Positions 20,701-27,928 of a stretch of 64,000 bases of DNA are shown here, one piece after another. Location: the NCBI GenBank assembly GCA_020637435.1, contig JACJVW010000001.1, forward strand, positions 433,060 to 497,059, given 5' to 3'. How positions within the stretch are numbered: position 1 is the first letter of the stretch; each line of letters begins with the position of its first letter. Under the pieces are notes generated by a model. It was not told the DNA's origin. It saw only the letters and a list, made by a program, of their open reading frames with translations, and searched no databases. Both the position numbers and the translations under genes were made by a program. This stretch comes from Candidatus Woesearchaeota archaeon (GTDB lineage: Archaea; Nanobdellota; Nanobdellia; Woesearchaeales; JACJVW01).

Positions 20701-23700
20701 GACCATCTGCTGCTGCAGATGTCAGCGGATTTCGCATTGTATGCTACCAAAGAAGAGAATGACTACATGCTCAGGCTAGGCGATTCCTCTACGTATACAG
20801 AAATGAATATTACTGGCTGGAATACTGATGACTGGCACTACCTGACTATAACTTATGCATCGACCATATCATGGCTCTATGTTGACGGAAATCTTATAGG
20901 AAGTTCATACAGCGATCCGAACAGTGTTACTACGTTGTATCTTGGTAAAGCCGCATCAGATTCCATCTACGCTAACGGAATATTCGACGATCTCATCTTC
21001 ATAGGAAAGACCTATAACGCGACACAGGTCCTACAGCTCAACACGAGCGGACCTGTGCTTTCATCTCCTAACATCAATTATACGATGAACTCCAGTAACG
21101 CAGTCATTTTCTATTCCTTCGACTACAACTGGTCCGGCAGTGAAGCCGCGTACATAACTGCAGATGATGGTTACGCTATTGCGGGAAGCAACGTCTTTGG
21201 ACTGACCGTCAATCCGCTCAATATAGCACCCGTCATAGCCCCTATTCCAAACCAGACTACTTGGGACAATCAGACGTGGTCCTATACGATAAACGCGACA
21301 GACGCAGACAACCATCCTCTCACCTACGTGGTAAATGCGAGCTGGATCGAGATCAACGAGAGCGGATACATGACATTCAATCAGTCACCTCTACTTAGAG
21401 GCCACTATGGTTTGAAGCTGACGGTCTGCGATAACCAGGATGAGATCAATAGCTGTGTCAATCAGACTTTTAATCTCACGATACTCTATACAGACATGGA
21501 CAGCGATGGAATCTCAGACACCTTTGATTTCATCACAGGCAATGAGACAGGAATAGTCACAAATATACCGATCACGATGATAATCGTGAACTCCAGCTAT
21601 TTCGACAATTCGACTAACACCACTTTCTTCCTTCCTGGTTCGACCAATATTAGCCAGTATTACGGAGGACTGGTGCACATTACTCTCAAGAACAGTAGCC
21701 ATGACTTTGTGGACTTTGATTTCATACTCAATGCAACATCCATCCTTGATCTCGGCAGCATAGTTATTGAAGTGAATAATGCGAACATGAGCGCGATAAG
21801 CGTAAGTGGCCTGATACTTCCAGTAAATATGACCAAGGCAGTACATCTGCAGAAGTATAACACTACCATCATGTCTGTATGCATCAAAGATAATGCGACC
21901 ACCAATATATCAGCAATATCAGTCAACTGCACCGCAGCCGATGAGATTCTCGTGCCTTGCGACAACCAGAACTATTCAGGTTACTTCTGCGAAGACAGGA
22001 ATACCACCTACAGAGTCTCTGGTCTCAACCATTCCGCAGTAAAAGAGCAGGCTGGCTGCACAGACAAAGACGGAGACGGCTACTTCTTTGGAAGTCTGTG
22101 CATAAGTTCGCCGTTGGATTGTCAGGATACTGATCAGAACAGATACCCTGGAGCTACTGATATCTGTGGAAACGGAATCGATGAAGATTGTTCAGGCGCT
22201 GACAAGAAGTGCTCAAGTAGCAGTTCAGGCGGAGGAGGGGGCGGAAGCCGGGGCGGAAGCTCAGGTTTCATCTCAAATAAGAAACAGTGCGAAGATGGCA
22301 AAGACAATGATGGAGACGGTCTTATCGACTTGCAGGACAACGGTTGCACAAAAGAGACAGATGACGATGAGAGCGACGAATGTGTCGAGAACTGGGTCTG
22401 TGGAAACTGGAATCTTTGTGTCGACGGAAAACAGACCAGATCCTGCTATGACACAAGTGAATGCAATACCTACTATGTCAGGCCGCACATGCTGCAGAGC
22501 TGTGAATACACGCCAAAAGTGATTGAGAAAGAGGTCACCTCATGTACTGATTATTCACAGAACTATGGAGAGACAGACGTAGACTGTGGCGGAGACTGCA
22601 AAGCATGCGGACTAGGCAAGAAATGCCTCTCAAATATTGACTGCGACTCTGGTTATTGTGATAGCCTGACCAAAATATGTTCAGAGCTGCTTACGGAACC
22701 TGTCCTGCCTACCTGTTCAGACATGATACAAAACCAAGGGGAAGAAGATGTTGATTGTGGTGGACCATGTGATTCCTGCAAGACTGAAAGTGCATTCTTC
22801 CAGTGGATACTCATGTTCGTCGTAGTGCTCGGTCTTCTCGGTATAGTCGCGGGAATCGCTCTGGCCGGACTGGAAAGCCGCCCAAGAAAAGAAGAACCCT
22901 TCACTGCTGAATCCCTCAAAGCGGCAGCTGAGGATACGGAAGGAAGGATATTCCTTGAATACTACAAAGGCACAGACAAAGAAAAGATCCTTCGCATAGG
23001 CAAAGCCCTTGGCATACCGAAGAAGAGAGTTGAAGACATACTGCACCTCTCCGAGTATGCCCTGCTCATGCTCAAAAGAGGTATAAGTAAAGATGTTATT
23101 GAGAGCAAACTGCTTTCAAGAGGCTGGCCAAAAGAACTCATCGAGCTCTTCTTCATCCACAACTTCATATTCAATGACCTTATGAAGAATAAGTCTATCA
23201 TCTACAAGAAGATAGAAGACAAACGTGCTGAAGGAAAGAGTGATGAGCTGATCGCCATCGAACTTAAAGAGGAAGGGTGGCCGGAAGACGTGGTCACCAT
23301 GGCTTTACTCTTTGAAGAGCATAAAGACACTCCAAAGGAACAGCCTGCGGAAGACCTGGTAGCGGATGAAATGAGCATCCTGCTGGAATTGCATAAGGGA
23401 GCTACACCGGCATCGATCAAATCGATGCTTGCTGAAAAGGGCTGGAAACCCGAAATCATCGACTCTCTTGCAAAACTTGAAGAATCCATAAGGTTGCCGC
23501 TCTCCCGCGGTACAGAACCGGATGAGATAATCAGACAGTTCACCTCCCAGGGTTGGCCTATGGAACTCATCGAGTTTGAGATACTCCTGCAGGATATCGA
23601 AATACGTGTACTTCATGCGATGAAGAACAATATTCCTGTTGAGCAGCTCATCCAGAGTCTGAAAAAAGAAGGTTATCCGGAGAATATGGTCAGGGAAGTC

Positions 23701-23988
23701 CTACAAGCCCATAGAGACACGGACCTGCAGCAGCCAAAACAGGACGAACATATTGTCGCGCTCGAACAGATCTTCCGACTCCTTAAGGAAGGGAAGACCG
23801 CTCAGGAGATTTCTGACTACGCCCAGAAGAAACGATGGCCGAAGAACATTATGTACCAGGCAATAAACACTGAGAAGTATATCAAAGAGATGCGATCGAA
23901 GGGAAATTCAGACGAGAGCATCAGGTTTGAGCTAAAGAAGATGGGTTGGCCCGAAGACCTCAGCGAAAAACTTCTAAGACAGGTCTGA
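8752..23988 (+). CDS. Giant secreted surface protein (5078 aa). It has a signal peptide, an N-terminal module shared with giant 2, Ig-like domains, about 7 tandem ~215-aa Cys-containing repeats, a CBM-like domain, a LamG/ConA-like domain, a cadherin-like domain, MopE-type Cys-rich metal-binding motifs, a Gly/Ser linker, one TM helix, and a cytoplasmic tail of 7 GWP repeats
   Basis: Single uninterrupted ORF. The signal peptide is MRGRTILGWCMILFVLALSLSASA. Repeated ICNYTASDSDP...GDQWICQITVHDD units alternate with YYVKVCDESFRCSAV units between roughly 11.3 and 16.2 kb. GNPTFEEGNMTYLNSWQVVG is CBM-like. WHYLTITYASTISWLYVDGNLIG...FDDLIFIG is LamG-like. IAPVIAPIPNQTTWDNQTWSYTINATDADNHPLTYVV is a cadherin/dystroglycan-type domain. 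CQDTDQNRYPGATDICGNGIDEDCSG is MopE-like. A SSSSGGGGGGSRGGSSG linker precedes the TM helix FFQWILMFVVVLGLLGIVAGIALAGL and a 380-aa cytoplasmic repeat tail. N-x-S/T sequons are extremely frequent. Confidence 0.9.
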   Translation: MRGRTILGWCMILFVLALSLSASAQELTHTQVEIGKPVTWKKVVSDVPADGTLNVYVDKDARDVRVDGRSDITIKEASIWDTFVQSFGSVTGFAVSEAGTEIEFEAKEGDAYTIVYETEAPKVYESQKQKDDKLIKEVTISSDYHYTDILSYTDIPEVEAEQIKLYHKQGGIFFKNKIDITSDESYRVEFMDTNGNGLIDRVKWVTPHLSTQEFEVEITVLNVQSYPLIGGNWTIRFTTAGTADLAISAYMGTTYGETLPDDLWPIELRCDDTPLAPIFNGTHVVYEDFSCDGVAYHTVKVLTGGKHYQELTFGDATAHAQNDAGTVTLSFHHAAGCSGPSTITSSSRANESDSIYILVSYSNDENGAENTIVDITGYVSGCSLASPGNCFGDDTPAASTSSCFLSNFPIPTGLSDSESVTVSVQNSTGSVATTSSTLYINHAPGVAVAITPASPLIGEQITCTGTVTDTDAGDSFTASYLFDVMGSIVDSGSVVCSGTTCTATWTSSGVNDGDTITCNMTAMDSNGLTSPQVASSAATFTTISISPTSASIERMGTQTFTVSGSTATPFTWNLSGTPVNGSAFNPANPTTSSATVQGLEVGSYVVNVTDNNGAWTTATLTVTDTNAPAPATNVVAADTPGDQGDNITITWSISTDDGQGDNDVANYSVLRSTSPTSGFAAVSGALPPGTEIFVDTTVLPDVSYYYRVRTMDISGNFVDSDISGPVNLNGQPIMQEIIYYPLSPSAQDNITFVAFATDTDNETVTMNYTVEVTAFDGGTNYQESGEAWCFFLGHGMSQYGTTYAEPTTECTVTLASSHFTKADKVTITFTPHDGQEAGDPLSLNGFIVINNSRPNASNVFVSPINPNQSSVLSCNYTFTDFDGDMENTSQARFRWYINNEGLNDFVLVPGYTSRTISGIFDKDDIIKCAVQVKDIDSSWLKQPLYASAYATSTEITIKDNAIPQIIDYWISANNTNPAAPGDDIYFNVSWVDYEDPSDQARMYVCDAWEDIENQYDGGTSEIFFGDDTANADQEVRLYTNETGQYVYTLAIKPTKFIENSFTTYSPGSTVTAGDVFVGSALLDFPPYYTYYDADHSDTYTLGESIIWDNQSMGTNKTYNAQYDVVIYGDEVVDGSSLVRFNESNIHTFYDSDSSGTYTTGDDIYLDSGATPNQVDAGDVRVSIVSNRPSAETLSTSFIYDIIVREVDNIGDTTGLVIARDNDNTFTLGKYNYFVPQYNAQPLPGKYLMFTICIDVDNDDTCDSDSDNFNDMVFFKADPAPGAGYQAYNGTGSVHYNPDIRFNYGASESPGCAGATYCSTPNSPLNDISCTYEAVFENSWNNTVNLKVCDEHDACSVNRVANFFVNHIPIISDLTINSSIDGVNIDAVNNFSTSRNLICNYTASDSDPQGNTIGLSSVIWFKKSQSASVFQRAIVPNSTLLANSNTEPGDQWICQITVHDDFDNSLGTNSSPVTILSAQGDELTILSVFDDSSLTAPVLLDEDVTIEVSFLYTGTDDVKVYVCNSSSITSGGCLDHTYAATDFVSDNPINVSWEADAPGTHRYYVKVCDESFRCSAVVGTSTEYNYTVNQRPIVNSTLLTTYTGSTNYTDADPLNCTYIGNDQDSIGTGLNATYTWFLRRSGGAFQKIALPPTTATIAESQTILGDVWICQVDLSDGYHSADALNSSPAFIQSLSTGIIGITDVNDTVGSVVELGDSIDIDVYWQSATGDNAKAFICNSTRVLASGCLDGTIMETSYTSANPISASITPTIGGLQYYYAMVCDTSWNCSYVQSFDSKGNRLNYTANTPPVIGYVTVNTTTDGLTPDGLQNYTVDTHLICNFSISDPDMLSEPSFEIAWYKNGQKVNFPSVTAISKWNTQGGELWSCGVTPIDEYGTYPEMISQSVFITGISNEIVVVENITANYNESNPLLNGQAVTFNLKAMSLNSVSWFAYICNTSNIDVTGCWDDQFATISTATEESTASYTTVYEDHGVIPYYVLICDTTFNCSQVQGVDTALNFTVNHRPVLTYVRLNTTDLTSNFTSDRNLICQLSYNDPYSYNNGYNISYTWYRNGILQAYPSSMDVLSNTQTQTDDEWYCEAQVSDGYHSSDVVAAAFVNISDYAPGSVWITNLTTNSNSSSYLRYPSNVTFNITWNSTEILDVRAFICSNSSIGPSGCLQTTIAQSGYTRSNPIELTYLTTNNESGPTDYYVKLCDTSFNCSGVAGISIPQYYYINQPPIETAVWMNTTDGTDNFTSDRNIICRYTAMDRDDVNASDPLIPEYYWWVGSTDDNMELVETSTSTQVLTNNNYEPGYYVQCGVRTSDGMHFGDGTFSQAQQISTEVVEGIVISNVTHNSPTETPVTEGNVILFSIDWYSSYGLPVRAHICSSPDFNYSGCYNTTLAASGGFSSTNPLIVSMATNGSEPTIQNYWARICDNSYNCSEPFPEAGINLNVSVNHRPNAVNVTVRQFDQYSTTGLLICNYSFNDTDMDPENATLATFLWYTVTNSVKSLIPGQNERFLEDAFSYGDEITCSARVADNHSVSDNQFRDANNTIRFSAIPPKPVLWNMPFAVSAATGNRMIGYFGIPNVNYSVHLRQEFNVTTPVTNTTSTDSRYFGFAFPVYKAANKSAFVIVHRDDLDLFQTGRYISYDNHNRTYFARYRITGNEDLFDDTYKVFTSPALEHNITSSTAIFVYNSTYPSGWFNMSLPSLFVGENTIRIRGLSSYGNGPYLNQTLYLDLENPTINISKIGNYSFSHMSTIYWSVYDNISLKDMLLQVSNSSEIVNYTLYDYNFNDTDTQIVCDGNLTDQDCRVEIYLNNNTLHNLTFTVTDSSGRSTTEVRYDYVVNTSVLPVILVYQGFIDDALDEHIPATIATNTTFTANWTSDAHAITRYYEVKIVEYEGDLLVKDMTNWTEVGKERNWTATVPARNQYIYKFHVRSLYQDLSYSEEFVSEGMFYFVDEAPVCIDCVRFVGTDNGGQTFTNSPDTMKVAWNFTSEAPITRYRYAIGKVKYPSPGYNSHAYSNDYLNDEITIIKTMTEGDQYYAAVRAMNENGIWSPWSITLGNLTVDLTAPQGGSITYPTGLVSTNFSVSYNDGYDDISGIKSRVLYRATAQLINGQCQGLYVYYPVNSTIIPGSGSYTQVIGNGLCYRYKYMVTDYVNNTASYFKGEPYDVKTDTTPPNSFSVVLNNGYYITSSSTFTVDWTDSADAQSGLSHYSYIITEDDKQIGNWTNITVGNTTVTFAQVTLPDPRHQASYRVIVVAHSRNGLTTQVTSNAVAYIDIAPPSPLELLQFENQTNITTDNLVDQVNNNMTNITFRGENGISCVASVYPIDYEMYDVSKTYLTNCSTANDNVTCRFNTTETAYYTRYIVCSDYAGNMQFVDDALNITWKVDFIGPDINMTTSIQGEVLGEMILFNLSITDLTAVDTVIYEIVNATSMSQIFDSGKLTGDEIYSLLWNSTEYFAGQTELLTIIITANDTNGFIQKLFTNFTVDNTRPVINIVSPNLNNRFFNQNFTLDVRVRNPFYNTSLGIYSMNGTKMHSLYNVSNVLRSSYDYAGLVATDSWPDGNYTIRVNASGVSNSMNKSLTIYLDRTAPSHLPIVNPKGPVYNDASVLLWSYWPIEYNFVANTCDIEEVLIQHNATGTMTNYTVGATGYNFSVIIPPSQLDNHEQIAWLVHAKDFSGNWNTTELKTFTVSNRAPYLSLVIPDQDWPVNINNSPVEAAIHLIDPDQDTLTFSIIQLPEKSKIYDELNNPSTISANDGEYDAVTFLVAKNANGTALEKATTNMLGNPTFEEGNMTYLNSWQVVGEPQKNWTLNIEGNYSVIVNRNHYYMQTVPVTPNTEYTLSATMRSVSGTTHGRLHVDWLDSTQQYLGTCLICGLGNTCAFTPELTVTPERKSANMTSPSGAVYARIYVDAQNSSYTVVDDMQFEKSSFATSFVNGSRAATYIEYDISSHYNDSAGTIGFWFRPFWNTSSDEDHLLLQMSADFALYATKEENDYMLRLGDSSTYTEMNITGWNTDDWHYLTITYASTISWLYVDGNLIGSSYSDPNSVTTLYLGKAASDSIYANGIFDDLIFIGKTYNATQVLQLNTSGPVLSSPNINYTMNSSNAVIFYSFDYNWSGSEAAYITADDGYAIAGSNVFGLTVNPLNIAPVIAPIPNQTTWDNQTWSYTINATDADNHPLTYVVNASWIEINESGYMTFNQSPLLRGHYGLKLTVCDNQDEINSCVNQTFNLTILYTDMDSDGISDTFDFITGNETGIVTNIPITMIIVNSSYFDNSTNTTFFLPGSTNISQYYGGLVHITLKNSSHDFVDFDFILNATSILDLGSIVIEVNNANMSAISVSGLILPVNMTKAVHLQKYNTTIMSVCIKDNATTNISAISVNCTAADEILVPCDNQNYSGYFCEDRNTTYRVSGLNHSAVKEQAGCTDKDGDGYFFGSLCISSPLDCQDTDQNRYPGATDICGNGIDEDCSGADKKCSSSSSGGGGGGSRGGSSGFISNKKQCEDGKDNDGDGLIDLQDNGCTKETDDDESDECVENWVCGNWNLCVDGKQTRSCYDTSECNTYYVRPHMLQSCEYTPKVIEKEVTSCTDYSQNYGETDVDCGGDCKACGLGKKCLSNIDCDSGYCDSLTKICSELLTEPVLPTCSDMIQNQGEEDVDCGGPCDSCKTESAFFQWILMFVVVLGLLGIVAGIALAGLESRPRKEEPFTAESLKAAAEDTEGRIFLEYYKGTDKEKILRIGKALGIPKKRVEDILHLSEYALLMLKRGISKDVIESKLLSRGWPKELIELFFIHNFIFNDLMKNKSIIYKKIEDKRAEGKSDELIAIELKEEGWPEDVVTMALLFEEHKDTPKEQPAEDLVADEMSILLELHKGATPASIKSMLAEKGWKPEIIDSLAKLEESIRLPLSRGTEPDEIIRQFTSQGWPMELIEFEILLQDIEIRVLHAMKNNIPVEQLIQSLKKEGYPENMVREVLQAHRDTDLQQPKQDEHIVALEQIFRLLKEGKTAQEISDYAQKKRWPKNIMYQAINTEKYIKEMRSKGNSDESIRFELKKMGWPEDLSEKLLRQV

Positions 23989-24015
23989 TTCTAATCAATT
24001 ATTTTTATTAACAGT

Positions 24016-24321
24016 CTAATCAAACTTTCTAGCGGTATATAGACCAAGGTATAAGACTAGAAGCAGTGCGAAACCGTACACAGCCGTTTGTGATCTGTAT
24101 TCTTCTGGTTTCTCTGTCGTTTTGACCTTCTCCAGACAAAGTTCGACAGGTTCACATGCGTGCCCGTCATCCATAGAGCAGCACACTGCACCATACGCAC
24201 AGTCAGCATCAGATGTGCAGACACAGTCCTCACAACCGACAACTAGCCCGGTTATCGAACCGCTCAGCAAGTACGCAACAACCATAAGCGCACCAAACCA
24301 TCCTATCCAGAATGCCTTCAT
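24016..24321 (-). CDS. Small Cys-rich membrane protein (101 aa) with an N-terminal TM or signal helix, a CxxC/CC-rich ectodomain and a C-terminal TM helix
   Basis: MKAFWIGWFGALMVVAYLLSGSI... CEDCVCTSDADCAYGAVCCSMDDGHACEPVELC ...AVYGFALLLVLYLGLY. The gene is convergent with the giant gene and a TATA-like taatattatta lies upstream. Confidence 0.5.
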   Translation of the reverse strand: MKAFWIGWFGALMVVAYLLSGSITGLVVGCEDCVCTSDADCAYGAVCCSMDDGHACEPVELCLEKVKTTEKPEEYRSQTAVYGFALLLVLYLGLYTARKFD

Positions 24322-24562
24322 ACAAGCATACTACTCACTTACCCTATAATAATATTATGGATTCACTGCCCGACAAAGCCATATCGTTCAGAGAACTTCA
24401 AAACCAGTGGCAGTGACACCTGCCTCCTCTGAAGAAGACTTAGGCAGCATTGGAGAAGGAAGTTAACGTAGTCTAAGAGGGTACATTGTGTACGCACTTT
24501 GCAGTACCCTCCATTTCAGCCCATAGTAAGCTTTTTAAAATACACCAGAACCTTGTAGAAGC

Positions 24563-25183
24563 ATGGCTGAGTACTCCCATGAACTAAAAATACCAAAAGA
24601 ACGCATTGCTGTCCTTATTGGGAAATCTGGAGAAGAGAAGAAAAAGCTTGAAGAAGTGACCAAGACCAAGCTTAATGTCGACTCTACTGAAGGGGATGTC
24701 ACCATATCTGGAGATGATCCTATCACCTTATTCTCAGCCAGAGAGATGATCAAAGCTATAGGACGCGGCTTCAACCCAGAAATAGCTATACTTTTGCTTA
24801 AACAGGACTATGCTTTCGAGCTTATCAATATCCAGGATTATGCCAAGACCAAGAACGATGCTATACGGCTCAAAGGACGAGTTATCGGAAGTGAAGGAAA
24901 ATCCCGCAGAGTTATCGAGAGTCTCTGTGAAGTCTATATTTCTGTATATGGTAAGACTATAGGGATCGTAGGTGAGCTCGGCATGGTATCCATCGCCCGG
25001 CGTGCGATAGAATCATTGCTTTCAGGTAGCCCCCACGCCAATGTATATAGATGGCTGGAAAGGCAGAGACGAGAGGTCAGGCGGACCGAACTTGAAGGCC
25101 CGATAGAACTAAAAGAGGAAGTTAGAGATGGTGCAGACGACATTGGGGAAGAAGACCCCGGAGACACAGACAAAAGCTCATGA
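24563..25183 (+). CDS. KH-domain RNA-binding protein, archaeal Dim2/Pno1 homologue (two type-I KH domains)
   Basis: [22 protein letters not shown] carries the first KH GXXG loop and [17 protein letters not shown] the second. A TATA-like ttttaaaa at 24533-24540 sits about 27 nt upstream. Confidence 0.75.
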   Translation: MAEYSHELKIPKERIAVLIGKSGEEKKKLEEVTKTKLNVDSTEGDVTISGDDPITLFSAREMIKAIGRGFNPEIAILLLKQDYAFELINIQDYAKTKNDAIRLKGRVIGSEGKSRRVIESLCEVYISVYGKTIGIVGELGMVSIARRAIESLLSGSPHANVYRWLERQRREVRRTELEGPIELKEEVRDGADDIGEEDPGDTDKSS

Positions 25184-26825
25184 ACTTGCTGGTAAGCAGC
25201 GTGAGATTGGAGTCGCAGAATTCTTTTCGCGAAACAGACATCTGTTAGGTTTCGATAACAAAAGAAAAGCATTGATGACGACCGTCAAAGAGGCGGTCGA
25301 TAACTCACTGGACGCCTGTGAAGAGGCTAACGTCCTTCCTGAGATAATAGTCGATATCATCGAGATGAATAAAGATCGTTACCGGGTCATCATCGAAGAC
25401 AACGGTCCAGGCATCGTCAAGGCACAAGTAGGTAATATTTTCGCAAAACTACTCTATGGTTCTAAATTCCATAGACTAAAACAGTCCCGCGGACAGCAGG
25501 GTATCGGTATCTCCGCATCTGTCATGTATGCACAGCTGACCACAGGAAGACCTGCGAAGATCACCACAAAGATTGGAAAGGATCACGAAGCACAATTCTA
25601 CAAATTACGCATAGACACCAAGACAAACAAACCTGACATTGAAGAAGAGAAGACAGTCGAGTGGGATAAAGACCAGGGCACTCGTATCGAAGTCGACCTT
25701 GAAGCATCCTACATAGGCGGAGGTCAGTCTGTCGATGAATATCTGCGTGAGACCGCTATCACAAATCCGCACGCGACCATCATCTATACCAACCCAAAAG
25801 CGGAACAGATTATCTTCCCAAGGGTCATAGACCACATACCACATGAGGCGCAAGAGATCCAACCGCACCCGTATGGTGTGGAGCTTGGCATTCTTATCGA
25901 GATGCTCGGCAAATCAGAATGCAAGACTCTGCAGCAATTCCTGACCACTGAATTCTCAAAGGTGTCTGCGACCATCGCAAAACAGATCTGCGAGAACGGA
26001 GCGGTCCTGCCGACCACAAGACCGAAAGATCTCTCAAGAGAGAGCGTTGAGCAACTCCTTGAAGGCATCAAGAAGACAAAGATCCAGGCACCATCTACCG
26101 ATTGCCTCTCACCTATCGGCCAAGAAGCTTTTGAGAAAGGTCTAAAGAAAGAGATCAATGCTGAATTCTACGCCTCTTCGACCAGACCCCCCCAGGTGTA
26201 TAGGGGAAATCCCTTCATCATCGAAGTAGGCCTAGCGTACGGAGGGCAGCAGCCAGGTGATGCACCTATCAGGCTGATGCGTTACGCTAACCGGGTCCCT
26301 CTGCTCTATCAGCAGGGTGCATGCGGCGTCACCAAAGCGATCACCGGATTGACTTGGAGAACCTACGGGCTTAATCAGAGCAAGGGCAATCTTCCTGTAG
26401 GTCCGCTCACTCTTGCGGTCCATATCGCGAGCGTCTGGGTCCCTTTCACTTCAGAATCCAAAGAGGCAGTGGCCCATTATCCTGAGATCATCAAGGAGAT
26501 CAAGCTCGGTATCCAGGAAGTGGGAAGAAAGCTTGCTATGTATGTACGTAAAAAAAAGCGTATCCTTGATGAGGGTAAGAAACGGGGCTATATCGAAAAA
26601 TACATACCCCATGTCCAGGACGCGCTTGTTCAGTTGCTGGATCTCAAAGATACTGATAAAGAGATCATCGCTGAGAACCTCACAGTGATTCTCGAAGAAT
26701 CCAGAGGAAAACTTGAAGACATGAAGTTCGATCCGACGAAGAACGAAGATTACGACGAAGATTTTGCCAAGATAGGCAGGGATGAACCTGAAGAAGACGA
26801 AGAGTCTGAGGAGGATGAAGAATGA
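25128..26825 (+). CDS. top6B: DNA topoisomerase VI subunit B (GHKL ATPase), with an acidic C-terminal tail
   Basis: [36 protein letters not shown] and IEDNGPGI form the Bergerat ATP-binding fold, followed by H2TH and transducer regions. The C-terminal [12 protein letters not shown] stop overlaps the top6A start (ATGA). The 5' end overlaps the aDim2 gene in another frame, so the true start may be an internal Met. Confidence 0.85.
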   Translation: MVQTTLGKKTPETQTKAHELAGKQREIGVAEFFSRNRHLLGFDNKRKALMTTVKEAVDNSLDACEEANVLPEIIVDIIEMNKDRYRVIIEDNGPGIVKAQVGNIFAKLLYGSKFHRLKQSRGQQGIGISASVMYAQLTTGRPAKITTKIGKDHEAQFYKLRIDTKTNKPDIEEEKTVEWDKDQGTRIEVDLEASYIGGGQSVDEYLRETAITNPHATIIYTNPKAEQIIFPRVIDHIPHEAQEIQPHPYGVELGILIEMLGKSECKTLQQFLTTEFSKVSATIAKQICENGAVLPTTRPKDLSRESVEQLLEGIKKTKIQAPSTDCLSPIGQEAFEKGLKKEINAEFYASSTRPPQVYRGNPFIIEVGLAYGGQQPGDAPIRLMRYANRVPLLYQQGACGVTKAITGLTWRTYGLNQSKGNLPVGPLTLAVHIASVWVPFTSESKEAVAHYPEIIKEIKLGIQEVGRKLAMYVRKKKRILDEGKKRGYIEKYIPHVQDALVQLLDLKDTDKEIIAENLTVILEESRGKLEDMKFDPTKNEDYDEDFAKIGRDEPEEDEESEEDEE

Positions 26826-27928
26826 AACCTAAAGACGATCAATCCACAAAAGTGGTCCTGGACAAGATCCACGATATCTCCGAAGACGTTTTTAAGTCAA
26901 TCGAAAAGAAGAAGCAACCTTCAGTCGAATCACCGCTGCGTTCATTGGCTAATGTCGATTACAATCAGGATCAGGGGTATTTCGCGATAAAAGGGAAGAT
27001 GAAGAAGCGTACGCTGACGGCATCAACGATCAAGAGTTTCGCCCAAACTCTACTTATGATGGGCGAGTCCAAAAAGATTGTAGAATCCGATGATATCGCG
27101 ACAAAAAGGGAGATGTACTACATCTCCAAGAATTGGGGAGACGCCCGATTTAAAGAACAGCCAGAATCGGATGCGGTCATGGACGACATGGAAGCCATGA
27201 TGATGCTCAATAGAGAACAACTTGGTTTCATCCCCGAAGAAAAAGGCGGACACGTCGCAGGAGAACTGACAGTAATCGACCATGACAGTGAGACCGGACA
27301 GCAGATAGAGATTGACTGTACAAAATTCGGTTCAGGTGCGTATTCAATCCCTAGTTCAGTTGAGCACCTCCAGTTCAAGACCAAAGCAAAATTCATCCTC
27401 GCTATAGAGACATCGGGTATGTTCGAGCGTCTCAACAAGCACAAATACTGGAAATCTTCAAGTTCAGTCCTCATCGCGATGGGAGGGGTTCCGACCCGGG
27501 CGTGCAGAAGATTTATCAGGAAGCTTAGCGATGACATGAAGATCCCGGTCTACGTCTTTACGGATGGTGACCCGTATGGATTCCTTAACATCTACAGAAC
27601 TCTTAAAGTGGGTTCAGGAAACGCTGCGCACATCAACGAATTCTTCTGCGTGCCGCAGGCAAAGTTCATAGGGATAACTCCAGACGATATCATCAATTAC
27701 AAACTGCCTACGCATCCTCTAAAAGAGGTCGACGTCAAACGTATAAAAGACGGTATCAAGAATGACCCCTTCGTCATCCATTATAAAGAATGGCAAAAAG
27801 CATTGCAGGAAATGACTAAGATGAAGAAGAGGGCGGAGCAGCAGGCCCTTGCCAAGCACGGACTCAACTTCGTCATCAGCGACTACCTTCCGCAGAAGAT
27901 AAAAGATCCTTCAACCTGGCTACCGTAG
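26822..27928 (+). CDS. top6A: DNA topoisomerase VI subunit A (Spo11 family; winged-helix plus Toprim)
   Basis: Toprim motifs [14 protein letters not shown] (E) and [12 protein letters not shown] (DxD) are present. The size (368 aa) and the position directly after top6B fit. Confidence 0.85.
   Translation: MKPKDDQSTKVVLDKIHDISEDVFKSIEKKKQPSVESPLRSLANVDYNQDQGYFAIKGKMKKRTLTASTIKSFAQTLLMMGESKKIVESDDIATKREMYYISKNWGDARFKEQPESDAVMDDMEAMMMLNREQLGFIPEEKGGHVAGELTVIDHDSETGQQIEIDCTKFGSGAYSIPSSVEHLQFKTKAKFILAIETSGMFERLNKHKYWKSSSSVLIAMGGVPTRACRRFIRKLSDDMKIPVYVFTDGDPYGFLNIYRTLKVGSGNAAHINEFFCVPQAKFIGITPDDIINYKLPTHPLKEVDVKRIKDGIKNDPFVIHYKEWQKALQEMTKMKKRAEQQALAKHGLNFVISDYLPQKIKDPSTWLP

Noticed and set aside
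25128-25183. 56-nt overlap between aDim2 and top6B suggesting a frameshift or fusion
   Set aside because: The frames differ and each protein is complete by homology. The likeliest explanation is that the top6B start is an internal Met just downstream. No evidence of a real fusion.
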